Shown here: piece after piece, positions 47,774-57,818 of the stretch | How the letters are laid out: each line of letters opens with the position of its first letter | Numbering within the stretch: position 1 is the stretch's first letter | Assembly: GCA_036514715.1 (NCBI GenBank) | Contig: DATBWR010000001.1 | Coordinates: forward strand, 8,644 to 72,643 | Source of the DNA: Candidatus Nanoarchaeia archaeon | Lineage (GTDB): Bacteria > Patescibacteriota > Microgenomatia > Woykebacterales > RBG-16-39-9b | Length of the DNA stretch: 64,000 bases | Direction of reading: 5' to 3' | The notes under the pieces: model-generated | What the model saw: only the letters and a program-made list of their open reading frames with translations | Told to the model about the DNA's origin: nothing | Database searches by the model: none | Program-made: the position numbers and the translations under genes

Positions 47774-48817
47774 TTAGTCTTCCCAATGGCCGCTGGTAAG
47801 GCGGTTTTTTAGTCTCCTGAGGCGCTCTGCGGCTCTGTAGGCCCAGTATTTAGGAGAAAGAGGTAAATCTTGGGCTCTTAAGTAACTGTACTTAAAGCCG
47901 CCAAAACCCCGTTTAAATAAGCTAAATCCGTACCAGGGATGACCGGGAACAAAATTTTTATCTTTGACAACACCCCAAAAATTGTAGTATTTCATTCCTC
48001 GCCGCTTAGCTTCTTTAATTGCTTCCCACTGAAGAGAGTAGCCGACTGACTGTTCAGTTTGGACAGAAGCGCCGTGCAAGTAAGAAGCCATTTCACCGTA
48101 GAAACTAATCATTGCCATTGCCAATATTTTTTTATCCTTCCCCGCCTTAAAAATACGCATTTCATTAGCAGCCGCTAAAATTTCAAATTGCTTAAGGTAA
48201 TAATCTTTGGGGTGGTTGACGAAATTTTTTCTGGTTGCAGTTGAATAAAGCATTTCAACAAACTTCTTAGCATCTTCCACTTTGTCACTGATCTCAACCA
48301 CAACACCCTGCTTGGGCTCGTTGCGTACCAAATAACGGGTAGTTTTGCGCATTTCGGCAAGTAACTCTTCCTCACTCTTGGAAAGATCAATTAACCAAGC
48401 ATCTTCAACCTGGACAAAAGTTACCGAACGTACAAAACCAAGACTTGAAAAGAGTTTTTGATTTTGGGCGTTTTCTTCCAAAGAAGGTTCAATTTTGATA
48501 AAAAGGCAGCTTTCCTCTTTGGAGAGTTTCCTAAGTTCTGAAGTTAAACTCTCAAGAGAGTTTTTGTCGAAATTTTTAACGATTGGTCCTCTGGGTACGT
48601 AAAGATAATTTCCCAAGCGGGTAGTTTCCTTAATGACTAAACAAATGCCTCCCAACTCTTCCCTACTGTAAATTCCTAGCCGGAAAATTTTTTTACCCAG
48701 TACAAGATTAAACTCTCCCCAATTCCAACTTTGTAAAAAGTTGTTAGGTGAGGTTGATAAAGAAAATTTTTCCCAAGTCTCTTTTGAGTTAAGAGGTCTA
48801 ATAGTTTGATTAGCCAC
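47774..48817 (-). CDS. FemABX-family tRNA-dependent lipid II aminoacyl transferase
   Basis: FLQSWNWG, YVPRGP, MRKTTRY, YLHGAS, LQWEAI, FKRGFGG. Confidence 0.88.
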   Translation of the reverse strand: MANQTIRPLNSKETWEKFSLSTSPNNFLQSWNWGEFNLVLGKKIFRLGIYSREELGGICLVIKETTRLGNYLYVPRGPIVKNFDKNSLESLTSELRKLSKEESCLFIKIEPSLEENAQNQKLFSSLGFVRSVTFVQVEDAWLIDLSKSEEELLAEMRKTTRYLVRNEPKQGVVVEISDKVEDAKKFVEMLYSTATRKNFVNHPKDYYLKQFEILAAANEMRIFKAGKDKKILAMAMISFYGEMASYLHGASVQTEQSVGYSLQWEAIKEAKRRGMKYYNFWGVVKDKNFVPGHPWYGFSLFKRGFGGFKYSYLRAQDLPLSPKYWAYRAAERLRRLKNRLTSGHWED

Positions 48818-48835
48818 GTTTCCAGTATACCAAAG

Positions 48836-51460
48836 TTAGGGGAGATACTTTTGCTTGTAAACGGGGTCTTTTACGTAGTAACCGTTGTTGGTGATGTTAT
48901 TTTGGACCACACGAGCGAAATCCTGCCCGCTTGTCAGGCTGAAATCGCTATTGTGGAAATTTTGATCGAAGAAAACCACAGCTTTAATTCTAGGAAACTT
49001 CGGTAAACCGGTTGTTAGAGTTTGGTTAAACCAGCTTTCTTTATCCCCACCACTGCTTGCTGAAGAAGTCTCCGCCACCATAATCGGTTTGTTAATTAAG
49101 CTCAATTTTTCGTAGGCCCGAGTAGCTACATAGTCAAAACTGATCCAGTTAGAAATGCTAGTACTTTTACCCCAATTGAAGCCACTAAACCCGATCCAGT
49201 CAGTGTAATTATCCCCTGGGTAAAAGGAGAGTAAACTGTCAGTACTTCCGACCTCGTCAGTATTGTTGGGTGACCAAAGCCAAATTACGTTGTCAGCTCC
49301 CTCAGCGGTAAAAATATCGTGGATATGCTGCCACATCGCTACATAAGTTTCCGGACCGTTCTTACTACCCCACTGATACCAACCACCGTTCATTTCGTGC
49401 GCAAAACGCAAAAAGAAGGGTCTGCCGTAGGCAGCCGCTCCCTTAGCCCAGTTACGAATAAACTGGTCCTGAACCCCAGCAACAATTGCTTGGGGAGTGT
49501 AGGCATCTTGCAGGGCTTGCTTGGAGTTCCAGGGTTCCCAAGTAATGATCGGTACATAGCCGCTTGAAGCAATTTTATTAAGGAAGTTTGCATCAAAACC
49601 GCTTTCAGGAGACCAGTCTTGATAGAACATCAATAGAGATGCCTTTTCGCCAAAATAGGTTGGTTGAACAAAGTTATCTGGATGGCTGTTTAGTGCTGGT
49701 AAATAATAGCCGTAATAAATCCCATTTTGGGGGACAAGTAGCTCCTGAATTAGGGTTGACTGATCACTTTTTCCAGATACCCCTAAACTAGCAAGAGTGG
49801 CAGAATAAGGCGTTTGTAGTGTCAACATCACTACTGCTGTGCCTACCGCTAAAGTGTAGCCAAGACGTGGTAGTACAATCGCTGGTACTTTGGAAGCTTG
49901 CTCGAGACTATTTAAAGCAATTTTTTCAAAAATTGCAGTGTTAAAGTTCTCCCGAACAATTAAATAAAAACCAAAAGTAAGGATCGCCACGTCAAAGCTT
50001 GCCCAAAAGTAGTTAAGCAGAGAGCCGCCATGAGCAGTATTGTTTTTCAAAGCAAAATACAGACCAAAGCCCAAAACTGCAGCTACAAGAAGCTGAACTT
50101 TGTAAACTGCAAATGGGTTTTCTTTCTCGTACTTTTTAATGGTAACGATAAAAGACAAATCTTTCTTTAAAGCGCTCGATAAGAAAGCGGCTACGAAAAC
50201 TGGAAAAGAAGCAATATCCAAAACCAAACTTTTAATCGGATGGCGGAATAAAATTAGGTACAAGGTAAAATTGTAGATTATTAATGGACCGTAAATAAAA
50301 GCTAAGTACTGCCAAGTATTAGCTTTAACTAGAGAAACTCCAAAGAAAAGATAAGGCAAGGGTGCCAACATCAGGATCATGTCCCGCATACCAATTAAGT
50401 AGTAAGAGGCTGACAAAAGGTAATGAAACTTTTGTTTTAAAGTCAACGATCCGAAAAGAATTTTCTTTAAGTAGGCTCGGGAAACGTCCAGACTACCTTT
50501 AGACCAACGTCGTTGCTGACTAAAGTAAGCTTTCAGAGATGAAGGGGCGATACCTTCGGCCAAAACTTTAGGAACAAAAACACCTTTGTGACCGGTTAAG
50601 TGCAATTTCAGCGAAGTAGCGTAATCCTCAGTAATGAAGTTAGTGTCTACACCACCGATAGTTTCAAAAGCGCTTCGACGCACCGCAAAGTTAGTACCGC
50701 ACAAAAAGAGCGCGTTATCAAAACCCTTGGCGGCACAAATATGCTCAAAGAAAAAGATTTGGTGAGCAGCAGCGGCCTTGGCTACCCAAGTGTTCTCATT
50801 TTTGTAACGCTGTGGGCTTTGTGCAAAATCAACCTCAGGGTTTTCAAAGGGTTTGACGATTTCCAGTAAAAACTCTTTCTTAGCAGCAAAGTCAGCGTCA
50901 AAAACAACATCCAAAGTGTTAGACGGATTATTGGTAGGAGTTTCTCTAAGACCATTGTTAATGTTACCGGCCTTAAAACCACCAGGAGTTGTTCTGGTAA
51001 TATGTTCCACTTCTTCCTCCCTAGCTAAAGAAGCAATTTCCTGCCAGTTGTCTTTATTGGCCACTTTGCCATCGTTAAGAACAATTACCCGTGTTGGGTG
51101 GACTGGTTTAACCTCTTGGTAGTAAGCTATCGCTGCTCTCTTAGCAGCTTGAATAGTCTCACGAACAACTTCCACCGGCTCCCCGCAGACGCAGATAAAC
51201 AGATTAAACCTTAAGTTTTTGTTGTGGTAAGGTTTTTCGTACTTTTGGTAGTTGCGCGGCCACAGTGAGTAAAACATTCCGTAAAAATGGAAAATGGTGT
51301 GCAGCTCGGCTGCAAACAAAATTATGCTAAAAATAACAAGTATTGGTGAAAAGTTAATAAATGTTACCCTATAGAATAGGAAAACAGAGAGTATAATTAC
51401 TCCAGTTAGAATGACTATTCGCCACAAAAAAAGCCTTAAGAATAAGGCCCACTGCTTCAT
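48836..51460 (-). CDS. processive GT2 (cellulose-synthase-like) fused to C-terminal GH26 domain
   Basis: KAGN, DADF, TED, QQRRW plus multiple TMs; then ITWEPW, RFAHEMNG, IMVAETS. Confidence 0.88.
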   Translation of the reverse strand: MKQWALFLRLFLWRIVILTGVIILSVFLFYRVTFINFSPILVIFSIILFAAELHTIFHFYGMFYSLWPRNYQKYEKPYHNKNLRFNLFICVCGEPVEVVRETIQAAKRAAIAYYQEVKPVHPTRVIVLNDGKVANKDNWQEIASLAREEEVEHITRTTPGGFKAGNINNGLRETPTNNPSNTLDVVFDADFAAKKEFLLEIVKPFENPEVDFAQSPQRYKNENTWVAKAAAAHQIFFFEHICAAKGFDNALFLCGTNFAVRRSAFETIGGVDTNFITEDYATSLKLHLTGHKGVFVPKVLAEGIAPSSLKAYFSQQRRWSKGSLDVSRAYLKKILFGSLTLKQKFHYLLSASYYLIGMRDMILMLAPLPYLFFGVSLVKANTWQYLAFIYGPLIIYNFTLYLILFRHPIKSLVLDIASFPVFVAAFLSSALKKDLSFIVTIKKYEKENPFAVYKVQLLVAAVLGFGLYFALKNNTAHGGSLLNYFWASFDVAILTFGFYLIVRENFNTAIFEKIALNSLEQASKVPAIVLPRLGYTLAVGTAVVMLTLQTPYSATLASLGVSGKSDQSTLIQELLVPQNGIYYGYYLPALNSHPDNFVQPTYFGEKASLLMFYQDWSPESGFDANFLNKIASSGYVPIITWEPWNSKQALQDAYTPQAIVAGVQDQFIRNWAKGAAAYGRPFFLRFAHEMNGGWYQWGSKNGPETYVAMWQHIHDIFTAEGADNVIWLWSPNNTDEVGSTDSLLSFYPGDNYTDWIGFSGFNWGKSTSISNWISFDYVATRAYEKLSLINKPIMVAETSSASSGGDKESWFNQTLTTGLPKFPRIKAVVFFDQNFHNSDFSLTSGQDFARVVQNNITNNGYYVKDPVYKQKYLP

Positions 51461-51551
51461 GACTTATAGTATATACCATAAGTCCTAATGCTGCAAGTTA
51501 TAAGCCATTTCATGGCTTGCGTCAGCAATCTGGTTGCTGACTAAGGACTCA

Positions 51552-52646
51552 CTATTGTTTGAAGTAGTTTTGGAAAGCTTGGAGACTTGAGGGTGTTGAA
51601 TTAATCCGCCAGTCAGTTTCCTTAAGTAAGTTGAACCAAACTATCTCGGTAATTTTTGGAAATTTACTTGGCAACTCACTGGTAAACATGTTAGTCACCC
51701 ACCCGGCTTTGTCGCCTCCGTACTCAGTTGAAGCTATTTCGGAAACTGTAATCGGTTTGTTATAGTTGTTGACTAGAAATTGATAAGTCGGGTTAAAGAT
51801 AGTTGTAAACGACTTCCACCCCCCAAAGTTTTGAGTGGTGCCAAAGTTAAAACCGCTAATACCAATTGTGTCGACAACGTCATTTCCTGGATAAAAAGGG
51901 CTCAAGGTAGAAGGCTCATAAGTTTCGTTGATACCCCACACCCAGGTAACGTTACCAACACTTTGGCTGACAAAAAGATCATGGACACGTCGGTAAGCGC
52001 TGATAAACTCGGTAGCACGGTCTCCCCACGGGTACCAATCACCGTTCATTTCGTGAGCAAACCGTAAAACCACTGGCCCTCCATATTGTTTTATGGAGGC
52101 AGCGAAACTTTTGATGTAAGTATCTTGGGCACCGGTATTAATTTGCGCAAGATAGTCGGTGTTAGTGGCACCTAAGTCCCAAGGTTCCCAAGTGATCATT
52201 AATTTACTGCCATGGGTTTTAACATAGTTAAGAGCCGCTACTTCTAAATTTTTAGACGAACCTCCGAACGGCTTGTAAATTGAGACTGTGCTTATTTTTG
52301 TTCCAAGTGAGGCCTCTAAAGAAAAAATTTCGTTGCTGTTGTTGTAATCTTGGGGTACTACGCCAAAAGAGATTTTCTTAGTTTGTTTGCTAGTTTGGTT
52401 GTTTACCACTGACTTACCTCCTGAGGCTTGTTCTTCGGCACCTAAAGTACGGTTTTCAGCACTCTCTGTTGCTTCATTAAAAACAGTTCTTGAGGAGGCA
52501 GAACTAATCTTTTGAGATCTTGTTGTTCTCTCAGTACTTTTTGTTAGAAAAAAAAGTTGGCCCAGCAGTATTAAAAAAAGTACTGAGAGAGCAGAACTCA
52601 AAATTAGTAATCTTTTTTCGGCCCAAAGTTTTTGTAAATTTTGCAC
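51552..52646 (-). CDS. membrane-anchored GH26 glycoside hydrolase
   Basis: N-terminal TM, ITWEPW, RFAHEMNGDWYPW, YPG, KPITVSE. Confidence 0.88.
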   Translation of the reverse strand: MQNLQKLWAEKRLLILSSALSVLFLILLGQLFFLTKSTERTTRSQKISSASSRTVFNEATESAENRTLGAEEQASGGKSVVNNQTSKQTKKISFGVVPQDYNNSNEIFSLEASLGTKISTVSIYKPFGGSSKNLEVAALNYVKTHGSKLMITWEPWDLGATNTDYLAQINTGAQDTYIKSFAASIKQYGGPVVLRFAHEMNGDWYPWGDRATEFISAYRRVHDLFVSQSVGNVTWVWGINETYEPSTLSPFYPGNDVVDTIGISGFNFGTTQNFGGWKSFTTIFNPTYQFLVNNYNKPITVSEIASTEYGGDKAGWVTNMFTSELPSKFPKITEIVWFNLLKETDWRINSTPSSLQAFQNYFKQ

Positions 52647-52790
52647 TTAAACAGAGTAACCAATATCATTTACTATAGCAACTAGCACAAACTGTATCTT
52701 AGAGGTATTAACTATATCAGTAGCTTCTTGTACTTTTGTAGACTCCCACCCAACAATTTTAGAGTTGTGAGGTTTATAAAGTCCTATAGC

Positions 52791-52819
52791 TTGACAAGTT
52801 TCTTACTACAGGATATAAT
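52791..52819 (+). promoter_or_regulatory. consensus sigma70 promoter
   Basis: TTGACA-17-TATAAT, 11 nt before ATG 52831. Confidence 0.8.
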
Positions 52820-52830
52820 CCTGCCAGTTT

Positions 52831-54525
52831 ATGTACAGAAAACTTTCACTATTATTCGCTAGCGCAGCCGTTTTACCATCGGCTTTTTTTGCTTATTTAG
52901 CACCAAGCGTTGTTGCTGCTACTAACCTTATTGCCAACTCTTCGGTTGAAGTGAATGTCAACAACTCACCGGTTAATTGGTTGAAAAACACTTGGGGCCA
53001 AAATACCGCCAACTTCACTTACCCCACCAATGGGCAGAATGGTCGTCGCAGTCTTCGGGTTCAAGTTACTTCCTATACCTCCGGTGATGCCAAATGGTAT
53101 TTTGAACCTGTTTCCGTAACAAGCGGTCAAACGTATGTCTACAGTGATTATTACAAATCCTCAGTACAAACCTTTTTAGTTGCCCAAACACAGGATCAAG
53201 AAGGTAATTTTAACTATTTTCAGATCGGCAACCCCTTAGCCAAAAGTTCAAGTTGGAAAAAGGTTACCGCTACCTTTACTGCTCCTGCTAACACCCAAAA
53301 ACTAACAATCTTTCACTTAATCAATAAAGTTGGTTACCTACAGACTGATAACTTTTCCCTAGCTTTAGCTGATGAGGGAGTTACAGTTGTCGATAATGTT
53401 CCTAATAATTCTGTCGAGCAGATTTCTCAGATTGAGGCCAACAAACCAGCTGCCTGGACCAACGGTACTTGGGGCCAGAATTCAGCAACCTTCACTTATT
53501 TAAATAATCTTGGCCACACCGGCTCTCACTCAATAAAAACTCAACTTTCCTCCCATACTTCTGGAGATGCTAAGTGGTATTACGAAAGACAAGCAGTAAC
53601 CGGCAACGTGCAACTAAGGTTTACCGACTACTACCAAGCGAGTGTTACCAGTAGAGTTGTGGTTGAAATAACTAAAACTGATGGAACTCAAGACTATCTT
53701 GAGCTAAAAAACGCCCCAGCTTCTAGCACTTGGGCTAAATACACTGACTATTTTACTACTCCGGTTGGTGCTGTAAGTTTAACTGTCTTTCACTTAATTT
53801 CAACGGTTGGTTATTTGATTACTGATGATTATTCGGTTAACCCCTTCGTGCCTCAGGGTTTTAATAGAAGCCTGGTGACTTTAACTTTTGACGATGGTTG
53901 GGCTTCGCAACAGACTGTGGCTGCTCCAATGCTTTCAACTTACAATTTCCCAGCTACTTTTTACATCACTACTGGTTTTCTAGGAACAGCTGGTTACATG
54001 ACCAACCAAATGGTGATTGACCTACGAAATGCTGGCCACCAAATTGCCGCCCACACTATCACTCACCCTCATCTAACAACTTTGTCGGACGCAGCTTTAA
54101 ACATCGAACTCTCTGACTCACAAACCTACTTGCAAACAACCTTTGGAGTGGTAGCTAATGATTTTGCTTCTCCTTTTGGTGAGGTTGACGAAAGAGTTCT
54201 AGAGGCAGTTAAAAACCTTTACCGCTCTCACCGCGGAGTGATTAACGGTTACAACTACAAAGATGGCTTTGACATCTACAACCTAAAAGTCCAAAACGTT
54301 TTGCTAACTACTTCACCTTCTGAAATTGCAGGTTGGTTGAACGAGGCTGCAAATAGTAAAACTTGGTTAATTTTGGTTTTTCACCAAATTGATAACGGTG
54401 GGGATACTTATAGTTCAACTCCGGAGAATTTTGCTAACTACCTGGGAGTTATCAATGGAAGTGGTTTGCCGGTCGTTACCCTCGACCAAGCTCTAAACGA
54501 AGTTTTACCTCAAACAAATAACTAA
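52831..54525 (+). CDS. secreted polysaccharide deacetylase (CE4) with two N-terminal CBM-like repeats
   Basis: Signal peptide, two ~150-aa repeats (SGDAKWY, FHLI..VGYL.TD), TFDDG, HTITH, LVFH. Confidence 0.85.
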   Translation: MYRKLSLLFASAAVLPSAFFAYLAPSVVAATNLIANSSVEVNVNNSPVNWLKNTWGQNTANFTYPTNGQNGRRSLRVQVTSYTSGDAKWYFEPVSVTSGQTYVYSDYYKSSVQTFLVAQTQDQEGNFNYFQIGNPLAKSSSWKKVTATFTAPANTQKLTIFHLINKVGYLQTDNFSLALADEGVTVVDNVPNNSVEQISQIEANKPAAWTNGTWGQNSATFTYLNNLGHTGSHSIKTQLSSHTSGDAKWYYERQAVTGNVQLRFTDYYQASVTSRVVVEITKTDGTQDYLELKNAPASSTWAKYTDYFTTPVGAVSLTVFHLISTVGYLITDDYSVNPFVPQGFNRSLVTLTFDDGWASQQTVAAPMLSTYNFPATFYITTGFLGTAGYMTNQMVIDLRNAGHQIAAHTITHPHLTTLSDAALNIELSDSQTYLQTTFGVVANDFASPFGEVDERVLEAVKNLYRSHRGVINGYNYKDGFDIYNLKVQNVLLTTSPSEIAGWLNEAANSKTWLILVFHQIDNGGDTYSSTPENFANYLGVINGSGLPVVTLDQALNEVLPQTNN

Positions 54526-54567
54526 GTGGTTTACGTGTACGATTGTCAGCTGCAATAACTAAAAAAG

Positions 54568-54595
54568 AAAGGCAGTCAATTCCTTGACTGCCTTT
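54568..54595. terminator. terminator between convergent genes
   Basis: AAAGGCAGTCAA-TTCC-TTGACTGCCTTT flanked by an A-run. Confidence 0.75.
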
Positions 54596-54610
54596 GGCTA
54601 GAGCCAGTTA

Positions 54611-55453
54611 TCAGTGAGAGTAGACTCTAACGTAATCGATACTGAAGCTGGCAGGAAAGACGGTGTCTTTATTCGGTGCTCCTGGCCAGTCTCCACCAAC
54701 CGCTAAGTTCATCAGTAGAAACATTGGTTGGTCCGGGATATTGCTGGTCGAATGGAAACTCTCTTCTCCGTCTACTGACCAGGTTATTAACCCCGGAGAC
54801 CAATCTATCTGGACAACATGGAAGTCACTCGAGAAATCCACGCCGGCCAACGTTCCGCCAAGACTTTGGTGTTGCCGCCAGTCAGAACCCCAGTGGTTGG
54901 CAAAGTGCACTGTTTTAGGGTCGTGTCCGAGAATTTCAAGGACGTCGATCTCTGGGGGCCATTTCAGAGAATCTGCTAGTAACCAGACTGCTGGCCACAG
55001 GCCTGCACCCCTTGGAACTCGTACCCGCACTTCAACCCGACCGTATTTTAGGCTGAACTTCTGATAGGTGGTAAGAATTCCGGAAACGTAATTGCGGGAC
55101 TCTCCATCGTAAATAGCACTACCACGATCGGCGATAATACTGAGGAACCCGCCCCTAACTACGAGTCTGTCGGAGGTGTAAGCCTGAAGCTCGTTATTAC
55201 GCTCATCTCCCCAAGGGTCTTGTGTGTTCCATTTGCTCTGGTCAAGTCTGTTATCGTTGAACTCGTCCTGGAAAACCAGTTTCCAACTGGTCTCTTCCAG
55301 AGAACTGCTAGCCATTGTTGAACCTACTATCGACGTTGCTTCAACAGTTGGTGTTGCAACTGTGACTGGCGATGAGTCCTTTTTCTTTTGTGAGCAAGAC
55401 ATCGCCAACACGAACACAACACTCCAGAGAACAAAAGTTAATACCCTTTTCAT
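54611..55453 (-). CDS. GH16 glycoside hydrolase, lipoprotein
   Basis: LAMSC lipobox, WKLVFQDEF, WPAVW, EIDVLE, NLAVGG; TTGACA-17-TATACT promoter at 55530-55502. Confidence 0.88.
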   Translation of the reverse strand: MKRVLTFVLWSVVFVLAMSCSQKKKDSSPVTVATPTVEATSIVGSTMASSSLEETSWKLVFQDEFNDNRLDQSKWNTQDPWGDERNNELQAYTSDRLVVRGGFLSIIADRGSAIYDGESRNYVSGILTTYQKFSLKYGRVEVRVRVPRGAGLWPAVWLLADSLKWPPEIDVLEILGHDPKTVHFANHWGSDWRQHQSLGGTLAGVDFSSDFHVVQIDWSPGLITWSVDGEESFHSTSNIPDQPMFLLMNLAVGGDWPGAPNKDTVFPASFSIDYVRVYSH

Positions 55454-55709
55454 TGAGCTCTCCCTCCAGCTAGGTATAACTTATAGTTTTTTGCTTGAGC
55501 AAGTATAAACTAAAGGGGGATAAATGTCAATGCTATAGGTCACAAATATTTCTGTTTAGGGGTGTTCTTGGGTTAGGAAGCCTTAAGTTGAAGAGGTCTT
55601 GTGTAGTCATTAAAGTAATTGGCTCGGGGACTTTGATAGAACGTTTTACTTTGTAAAAACGAACCCCGCAAGATGGTATATTACCATATGCTATAATCAA
55701 GCTGTTGAT

Positions 55710-55967
55710 ATGGAAACACAAGTAGGTAGCTACAGAATAATTATTGAACCAGAAATGCAAAACGGCAAGAAAGTTTACAACGCCTATTGCCCCACTCTAG
55801 ACGTTGCTGACTACGGTGATTCAATCGAAGAAGTCTTAAAAAGCATTCACGACGGTATCGAGCTAGCTATAGAAGCGTTAGTCCACGAAGGCAAAGAAGT
55901 TCCCACGGATAATATTAAGGAACAAGTTATTACCAGCACTCAAGCCTCCATCCCCCAAAAAGTTTAA
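55710..55967 (+). CDS. hicB: HicB-family antitoxin (short)
   Basis: YNAYCPTL..ADYGDSIEEVLKSI...GKEVP. Confidence 0.82.
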   Translation: METQVGSYRIIIEPEMQNGKKVYNAYCPTLDVADYGDSIEEVLKSIHDGIELAIEALVHEGKEVPTDNIKEQVITSTQASIPQKV

Positions 55968-55978
55968 CTTGTGTTTTA

Positions 55979-56203
55979 ATGAGTAAATTACCTACAAATA
56001 TCAGGCCTTTAGAGCTAATTAAGGCTTTGGAAAGGCTTGGTTTTGTAGAAAAAATGGCTAGGGGAAGCCACCGTCGCTTAGTTCATGCGGATGGTCGTAT
56101 GACCCAAGTTGCCGTTCATCCTAAACCAATACCAACTGGAACGCTGGGTAAAATTCTTAAACAAACCCAAATTAGTGTTGAAGATTTAGAGAAAAATCTT
56201 TAA
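55979..56203 (+). CDS. hicA: HicA-family toxin
   Basis: LERLGF, RGSH, VAVH, IPTGTLGKIL. Confidence 0.87.
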   Translation: MSKLPTNIRPLELIKALERLGFVEKMARGSHRRLVHADGRMTQVAVHPKPIPTGTLGKILKQTQISVEDLEKNL

Positions 56204-56219
56204 ATTAGCCCAATAAACT

Positions 56220-56293
56220 TGGATCCGGGACTTGGATTCGAACCAAGGTTGGCGGGTCCAGAACCCGCTGTCCTACCGCTAGACGATCCCGGA
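56220..56293 (-). tRNA. tRNA-Gln(CTG)
   Basis: U1-A72, GCGGG-TTCTGGA-CCCGC anticodon arm, CCA. Confidence 0.95.
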
Positions 56294-56348
56294 GCGAGCT
56301 AACATTTTACCAAATTCAGCTTCGAACCACAACTAACTTCCTTTTTCC

Positions 56349-56373
56349 GTAACAAAACAAACCTAATTACGTT
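56349..56373 (+). promoter_or_regulatory. ECF sigma promoter (autoregulatory)
   Basis: GTAAC-16-CGTT, repeated with identical spacing at 57766-57790. Confidence 0.7.
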
Positions 56374-56458
56374 TGGATAAGTAACGGGTTCTTGCTTAGG
56401 GAGGGAGTTTCAGTTTCAAGTGAGGTAGTAACTTGCAGTTATAGGTTAAGATAGTTTT

Positions 56459-57001
56459 ATGCTTTTCTTTAAAAGGGAGGCCGATGCCTCGCTGGAACAA
56501 TTAATCGAGCAAGCCAAAAACGGGAACATTAACTCTTTTGGCAAGGTTTACGACTCTCTTGTAGAAAAAGTTTATCGGTTTATCTTTTTTAAAGTAGAAA
56601 GCAGGGAAACTGCCGAAGACCTAACCCAAGGGGTTTTTCTAAAAGCTCTTGAGAACATTGAAAAATATCGAAAAAATACGAGTTTTCTAGCCTGGATTTA
56701 CACTATTGCCAGAAATAGCGTAATTGATCACTACCGCACGAAAAAACAAAAAGTAAGTCTTGAGGTAGCCAGCAAAATTGAATTTATCGATAAAGAATTA
56801 GATTTAGAGAGCAAAGAGAGCACCCAAACGCTTTACCAAGCGCTACGGGCACTTTCACATGAAGAACGTGAGGTGGTGGAACTGCATAGTGTTGATGACT
56901 ACAGTTTTGAAGAAATTGCACAAGTTATGGGTAAAGCCCCCGGAGCCTTGCGAATTTTAAAGTACCGAGCCTTAACAAAGCTGAGGAAATTACTAAAGTA
57001 A
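56459..57001 (+). CDS. ECF RNA polymerase sigma factor
   Basis: AEDLTQGVFLKA, FLAWIYTIARN, SFEEIAQVMG regions 2 and 4. Confidence 0.92.
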   Translation: MLFFKREADASLEQLIEQAKNGNINSFGKVYDSLVEKVYRFIFFKVESRETAEDLTQGVFLKALENIEKYRKNTSFLAWIYTIARNSVIDHYRTKKQKVSLEVASKIEFIDKELDLESKESTQTLYQALRALSHEEREVVELHSVDDYSFEEIAQVMGKAPGALRILKYRALTKLRKLLK

Positions 57002-57715
57002 ATGGAAAATTTTAACGACATTGAGAAAAAATTAAGCTTATTTAAAAGTTTGAAGCCCAACCCCAGTTGGCAGGCTCAAACGCGACAACTTTTAGTTGGT
57101 GAAAAACAATCAGATCTTGTACTTTTTTCTTGGAGAAAAGCGGTACTTACCTTTGCTGTGGTTATCTTTTTAACTGTCGGAAGCGGTGTTCTGGCTGCTG
57201 AGAGTTTGCCGGGAGAGCCCTTCTACCCCATAAAACGGGCTTTTGAGAGGGCAAGATTATTTCTTACTAACAAAGAAGGGCAGTTTGTTATTAGTCAGCA
57301 GCTGGTTGACGCGCGAATTTCCGAGCTCAAACAAATTGTTGTCGAAAATGACCAAGCTACCAACAAAGCTTTAGTTGAAGTCGAAAGTTCAGTCGCGGAA
57401 ATTAAAGTTCAGGTTGAAGCTCAGCAAAGAAAAATCGAAGTGCTGCAGAGAGAAGGTAAGGATGTTACTGAAATTAAGGAAAGTTTAGCCAATTTTGTGC
57501 CTGCCATTGAGGCAAAACAAGAACAACTCAAAACTATTGAACCAACCCTGCCAGCTGAACGTCAAGAACAACTCGCCAGCGTCATTGTCAATCTAGAAGC
57601 GATAAAACTGGATATTCGAAAAATTACTCTTGAGGCTGACCCAGATAAAGACCCTCAAGATGGGGAAATTCCACAGGTACCTGACCCAAACTCTACAACA
57701 CCCTCACCAAACTAA
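57002..57715 (+). CDS. putative anti-sigma factor (TM plus DUF5667-like)
   Basis: Directly after sigma, one TM, SLPGEPFYPIKRAFE, coiled coil. Confidence 0.7.
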   Translation: MENFNDIEKKLSLFKSLKPNPSWQAQTRQLLVGEKQSDLVLFSWRKAVLTFAVVIFLTVGSGVLAAESLPGEPFYPIKRAFERARLFLTNKEGQFVISQQLVDARISELKQIVVENDQATNKALVEVESSVAEIKVQVEAQQRKIEVLQREGKDVTEIKESLANFVPAIEAKQEQLKTIEPTLPAERQEQLASVIVNLEAIKLDIRKITLEADPDKDPQDGEIPQVPDPNSTTPSPN

Positions 57716-57765
57716 AACTATAGGTGTCCACCTCGGGGGTGTGCAGCCTGTGAGCTCTACAACCC

Positions 57766-57790
57766 GTAACAAAAAGGTTCTTACCACGTT
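57766..57790 (+). promoter_or_regulatory. second ECF promoter
   Basis: GTAAC-16-CGTT upstream of GGGGGTGA SD and ATG 57819. Confidence 0.7.
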
Positions 57791-57818
57791 CTTTTTTACG
57801 AGGGGGTGATAAGTAAGA

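Noticed and set aside
48836-56293. Integrative island at tRNA-Gln
   Set aside because: No integrase and no duplicated tRNA 3' end seen.
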